The notes under the pieces are model-generated. The model saw only the letters and a program-made list of their open reading frames with translations, was not told where the DNA came from and did not search any database. Shown piece after piece: positions 60,054 through 62,676 of a stretch of DNA of 62,676 nucleotides (position 1 is the first letter of the stretch; every line of letters starts with the position of its first letter). The position numbers and the translations under genes were made by a program. The DNA is from an uncultured Bacilli bacterium. Lineage in GTDB: Bacteria; Bacillota_I; Bacilli_A; RF39; UBA660. The stretch is from contig CAKOYE010000001.1 in NCBI GenBank assembly GCA_934130485.1, forward strand, positions 1 to 62,676, given 5' to 3'.

Positions 60054-62603
60054 TTATTTTACCTTTTCTTTTAATTTATATAAGATATTCATAGCTTCTA
60101 TTGGAGTAATAGATAATGGATCTAACGCCTTAATTTCTTCTTCTATTTCGTTTTTAGTTTCATTAATTAAATCATCAATAGGTAATGATTCTTGTATTTT
60201 TATATCTCTTTTTCTTTCTTTATTTTCGTAAACTTTTAAGATTTGATCTGCTCTTTTAATTAAAGAATCTGGAAGGGAAGCTAATTTAGCAACGTGAATA
60301 CCATAACTTTTATCGACACTTCCATTTTCTATTTTATGCAAAAATGTTACATTACCATTTTCTTCTACTGCACTAACATGAATATTTTTTAAATTTTCCA
60401 AATTATTATCTAAATCTGTTAATTCATGATAATGAGTAGAAAATAAAGTTTTACATTTTATTTTATCATGAATATATTCAATAATAGATTGTGCAAGTGC
60501 CATACCATCGAATGTTGCAGTACCACGACCTAATTCATCAAATAAAATTAGTGAATTTTGCGTAGCATTTGAAATTGCGTTATTTGCTTCATTCATTTCA
60601 ACCATAAAAGTTGATTCACCACTTACTAAATCGTCGCTGGCACCAATTCTTGTGTATATCGCATCAAATATTGGTAATGTTGCCTTATTAGCTGGAACAA
60701 AGCAACCAATTTGTGTCATTATTACAGTAATTGCAAATTGTCGCATATATGTTGACTTACCTGCCATATTAGGGCCTGTAATAAGTAAAATATTAGTATT
60801 TTCATCCATTATGATATCATTTGGAACATACTCATCTTGAATAACTTTTTCAATAACAGGGTGTCTATCATCGATTATAGAAACACGCCTTTCATCACTT
60901 ATAATAGGACGTACATAGTTATTTTCCTCTGTAACAGTTGCAAAAGATTGTAATACATCTATTTCACTTATAACTTTTGCAATATTTTGTAATCTAGGAA
61001 TATATTCTTTTATTTTTTCACGAATGGTTGTAAAAATATCATATTCTAAATTTATTATTTTTTCCTCTGCATTTAAAATCAAATCTTCTTTTTCTTTTAA
61101 TATTGGACTTATATACCTTTCACAATTAGCTAAAGTTTGACGTCTTTCATAACCATATTCTTCTTTTATTAAATTAGTATTTCCTTTTGAAACTTCTATA
61201 TAATAACCAAATACACGATTATATCCAACACGTAAATTCTTTATTCCAGTTTTTTCTCTTTCTTCAGCTTCAAATCTTGCTACAAAATCTTTTCCACCTT
61301 TTCTTAAATCTTTTAATTCATCTAACTCACTATTAAAGCCTTCCTTTATTAAATATCCTTCTTTTATTGATATTGGTGGATTTTCATATATACTTTTTTC
61401 TAATAAGTCATATAATTCAGGAATTTCTTCTATATTTTTATAAAAATTTATTTTATTTAAAATATTCTTTATTTCTGGCAAAACTTTTAGAGAATTTTTA
61501 AGTTGTAATAAATCTCTAGCATTCGCATTTCCAAAAGCAATTCTACCACTTAATCTTTCTATATCATATACTTCAAACAATAATTCCTGTAAATCGCTTT
61601 TTAAAATAAATTCTTTTAACAAAATTTCTACAGTATCAAGTCTTCTATTTATTTCATCTTTATTAATTAATGGATTTTCTATAAAACTTTTAAGCATTCT
61701 TGAACCCATTGCTGTTTTTGTTTTATCAAGTAACCATATAAGAGAATAATTTCTTTGTTTTAAACGTAATGTTTCAGTTAATTCTAGATTTCTCTTAGTA
61801 TGAATATCCATTTTTAAATAATTTTTATTTTCTTTAATAACTGCTTCTTGCAGGTGTGATAAATTTCTTTTTTGTGTAGAAGTTATATAAGTTAATAAAT
61901 GTTTAATTGTTTCAATATAACGTACATCACCTATATTTTCATATATATAATTATATTCTTTATTATCTACAATTTCATCATTTATAGTTACAGTTAATTT
62001 AAATTGATTTTTTAAAAGTGAAATAATAGCAGAATCTACTTTAGAATGAGCAATTATTTCTTTTATACCAATACTTACTATTTCACTTACTATTTTTGTT
62101 ATATTATGCTCTATCAACATTACAAAAATTTCTCCTGTTGAAATATCTGCATAACTTAACCCATAAGCATGATCAAAATCCAATATATTTCCAATATAAT
62201 TATTATCTTTTTCATTTAGTGACTCATTATCAATGATTGTACCTTTACTTATTATTTGAATTAAGTCACGTTTTACAATTCCTTTCGCTAATTTAGGATC
62301 TTCTAATTGTTCACAAATACCTACTTTATAACCTTTATCTACTAATTTTTCAATATATATATTAGCAGCATGATGAGGAATACCGCACATAGGAATTTTT
62401 TCATCTAATCCGGCATTTTTACCAGTTAAAGTTAATTCTAACTCTCGTGATACATTTATGGCATCTTCAAAAAACATTTCATAAAAATCGCCTAATCTAA
62501 AAAATATAATTACATCAGGATTATTATTTTTTATTTCAATATATTGTTGCATCATTGGGGTAACTTTATTTATATCTACATCACTTATTTTCATAATCTT
62601 CAC
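60054..62603 (-). CDS. mutS: DNA mismatch repair protein MutS
   Basis: TPMMQQYIEIK, GDFYEMF, Walker A GPNMAGKSTYMRQ, STHYHEL. 849 aa. Confidence 0.93.
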   Translation of the reverse strand: MKIMKISDVDINKVTPMMQQYIEIKNNNPDVIIFFRLGDFYEMFFEDAINVSRELELTLTGKNAGLDEKIPMCGIPHHAANIYIEKLVDKGYKVGICEQLEDPKLAKGIVKRDLIQIISKGTIIDNESLNEKDNNYIGNILDFDHAYGLSYADISTGEIFVMLIEHNITKIVSEIVSIGIKEIIAHSKVDSAIISLLKNQFKLTVTINDEIVDNKEYNYIYENIGDVRYIETIKHLLTYITSTQKRNLSHLQEAVIKENKNYLKMDIHTKRNLELTETLRLKQRNYSLIWLLDKTKTAMGSRMLKSFIENPLINKDEINRRLDTVEILLKEFILKSDLQELLFEVYDIERLSGRIAFGNANARDLLQLKNSLKVLPEIKNILNKINFYKNIEEIPELYDLLEKSIYENPPISIKEGYLIKEGFNSELDELKDLRKGGKDFVARFEAEEREKTGIKNLRVGYNRVFGYYIEVSKGNTNLIKEEYGYERRQTLANCERYISPILKEKEDLILNAEEKIINLEYDIFTTIREKIKEYIPRLQNIAKVISEIDVLQSFATVTEENNYVRPIISDERRVSIIDDRHPVIEKVIQDEYVPNDIIMDENTNILLITGPNMAGKSTYMRQFAITVIMTQIGCFVPANKATLPIFDAIYTRIGASDDLVSGESTFMVEMNEANNAISNATQNSLILFDELGRGTATFDGMALAQSIIEYIHDKIKCKTLFSTHYHELTDLDNNLENLKNIHVSAVEENGNVTFLHKIENGSVDKSYGIHVAKLASLPDSLIKRADQILKVYENKERKRDIKIQESLPIDDLINETKNEIEEEIKALDPLSITPIEAMNILYKLKEKVK

Positions 62604-62676
62604 GTATAATCAATCTTATAGAAATATTAATTAATTTCCTATTGATTGATCCCTTTCTATTTATATTTCTTTATTA

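Noticed and set aside
611-60840. Short ORFs in the track that lie antisense to or inside larger genes. Examples are 611-820, 956-1180, 7474-7683, 10344-10598, 10666-10908, 11731-11946, 13545-13997, 15809-16027, 17708-17890, 18713-18898, 19123-19338, 19538-19720, 19893-20156, 22296-22481, 27510-27692, 28273-28467, 29395-29784, 31319-31513, 31680-31862, 34311-34511, 35753-35965, 36447-36722, 39377-39709, 40232-40438, 41285-41509, 43910-44107, 44807-45055, 46857-47081, 49389-49670, 53109-53315, 54827-55072, 55320-55502, 56493-56955, 59284-59481 and 60652-60840.
   Set aside because: They overlap strongly supported genes and lack ribosome-binding sites. Their low-complexity F/I/L/S/N composition is typical of antisense frames in AT-rich DNA.
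1-62676. CRISPR arrays, tRNA/rRNA genes and prophage or defence-island gene sets.
   Set aside because: I found no regularly spaced repeats, no cloverleaf-compatible GC-rich 70-90 nt islands and no integrase, terminase or capsid genes. I found no recognisable defence genes such as restriction-modification, Abi or CBASS, apart from the single IS110 element.

Overview
This is a 62.7 kb chromosomal segment from a very AT-rich, apparently spore-forming low-GC Firmicute. It uses the standard code: TGA, TAA and TAG all act as stops and TGG encodes Trp. Most of the content is housekeeping. I recognise sufC-sufD-sufS, an RNase J paralogue and a block syntenic with B. subtilis (yrzE/yrbG-like, spoVB, comN, secDF, relA, hisS-aspS). 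There is also a ComGA/PilB-type ATPase with pseudopilins and a UvrD-like helicase, plus dagK, an OmpR/HK two-component pair, holA, gpsA, rarA, xerD, deoB, topB and zupT. The right-hand part carries mnmA, spoIIM, an amidase/GT2/metallophosphoesterase/radical-SAM operon, spoIVB, a YolD plus Y-family polymerase cassette, xseAB, nusB and mutS. No rRNA, tRNA or CRISPR array was seen. Six things are not explained by the ORF track. (1) A complete T-box leader lies 1.85 kb from its presumed hisS-aspS operon, separated by an oppositely oriented IS110-family element whose 5' non-coding arm is a candidate bridge RNA. (2) A 28-bp site matches my recalled B. subtilis dif sequence at 24/28 positions and sits where coding-strand bias flips from + to -, so the window probably spans the replication terminus. 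(3) Two type IV pilin genes sit behind a duplicated 34-bp promoter module, inside otherwise conserved synteny. (4) A radical SAM/SPASM gene is interrupted by a single in-frame TAA. (5) Perfect 22-bp direct repeats bracket a small-gene locus. (6) Several unannotated small ORFs have good ribosome-binding sites. I could not identify a clear multi-gene novel system such as a defence island. The accessory-looking spots are 9.1-10.8 kb, 18.3-20.2 kb, 42.0-42.8 kb and 45.4-47.3 kb.
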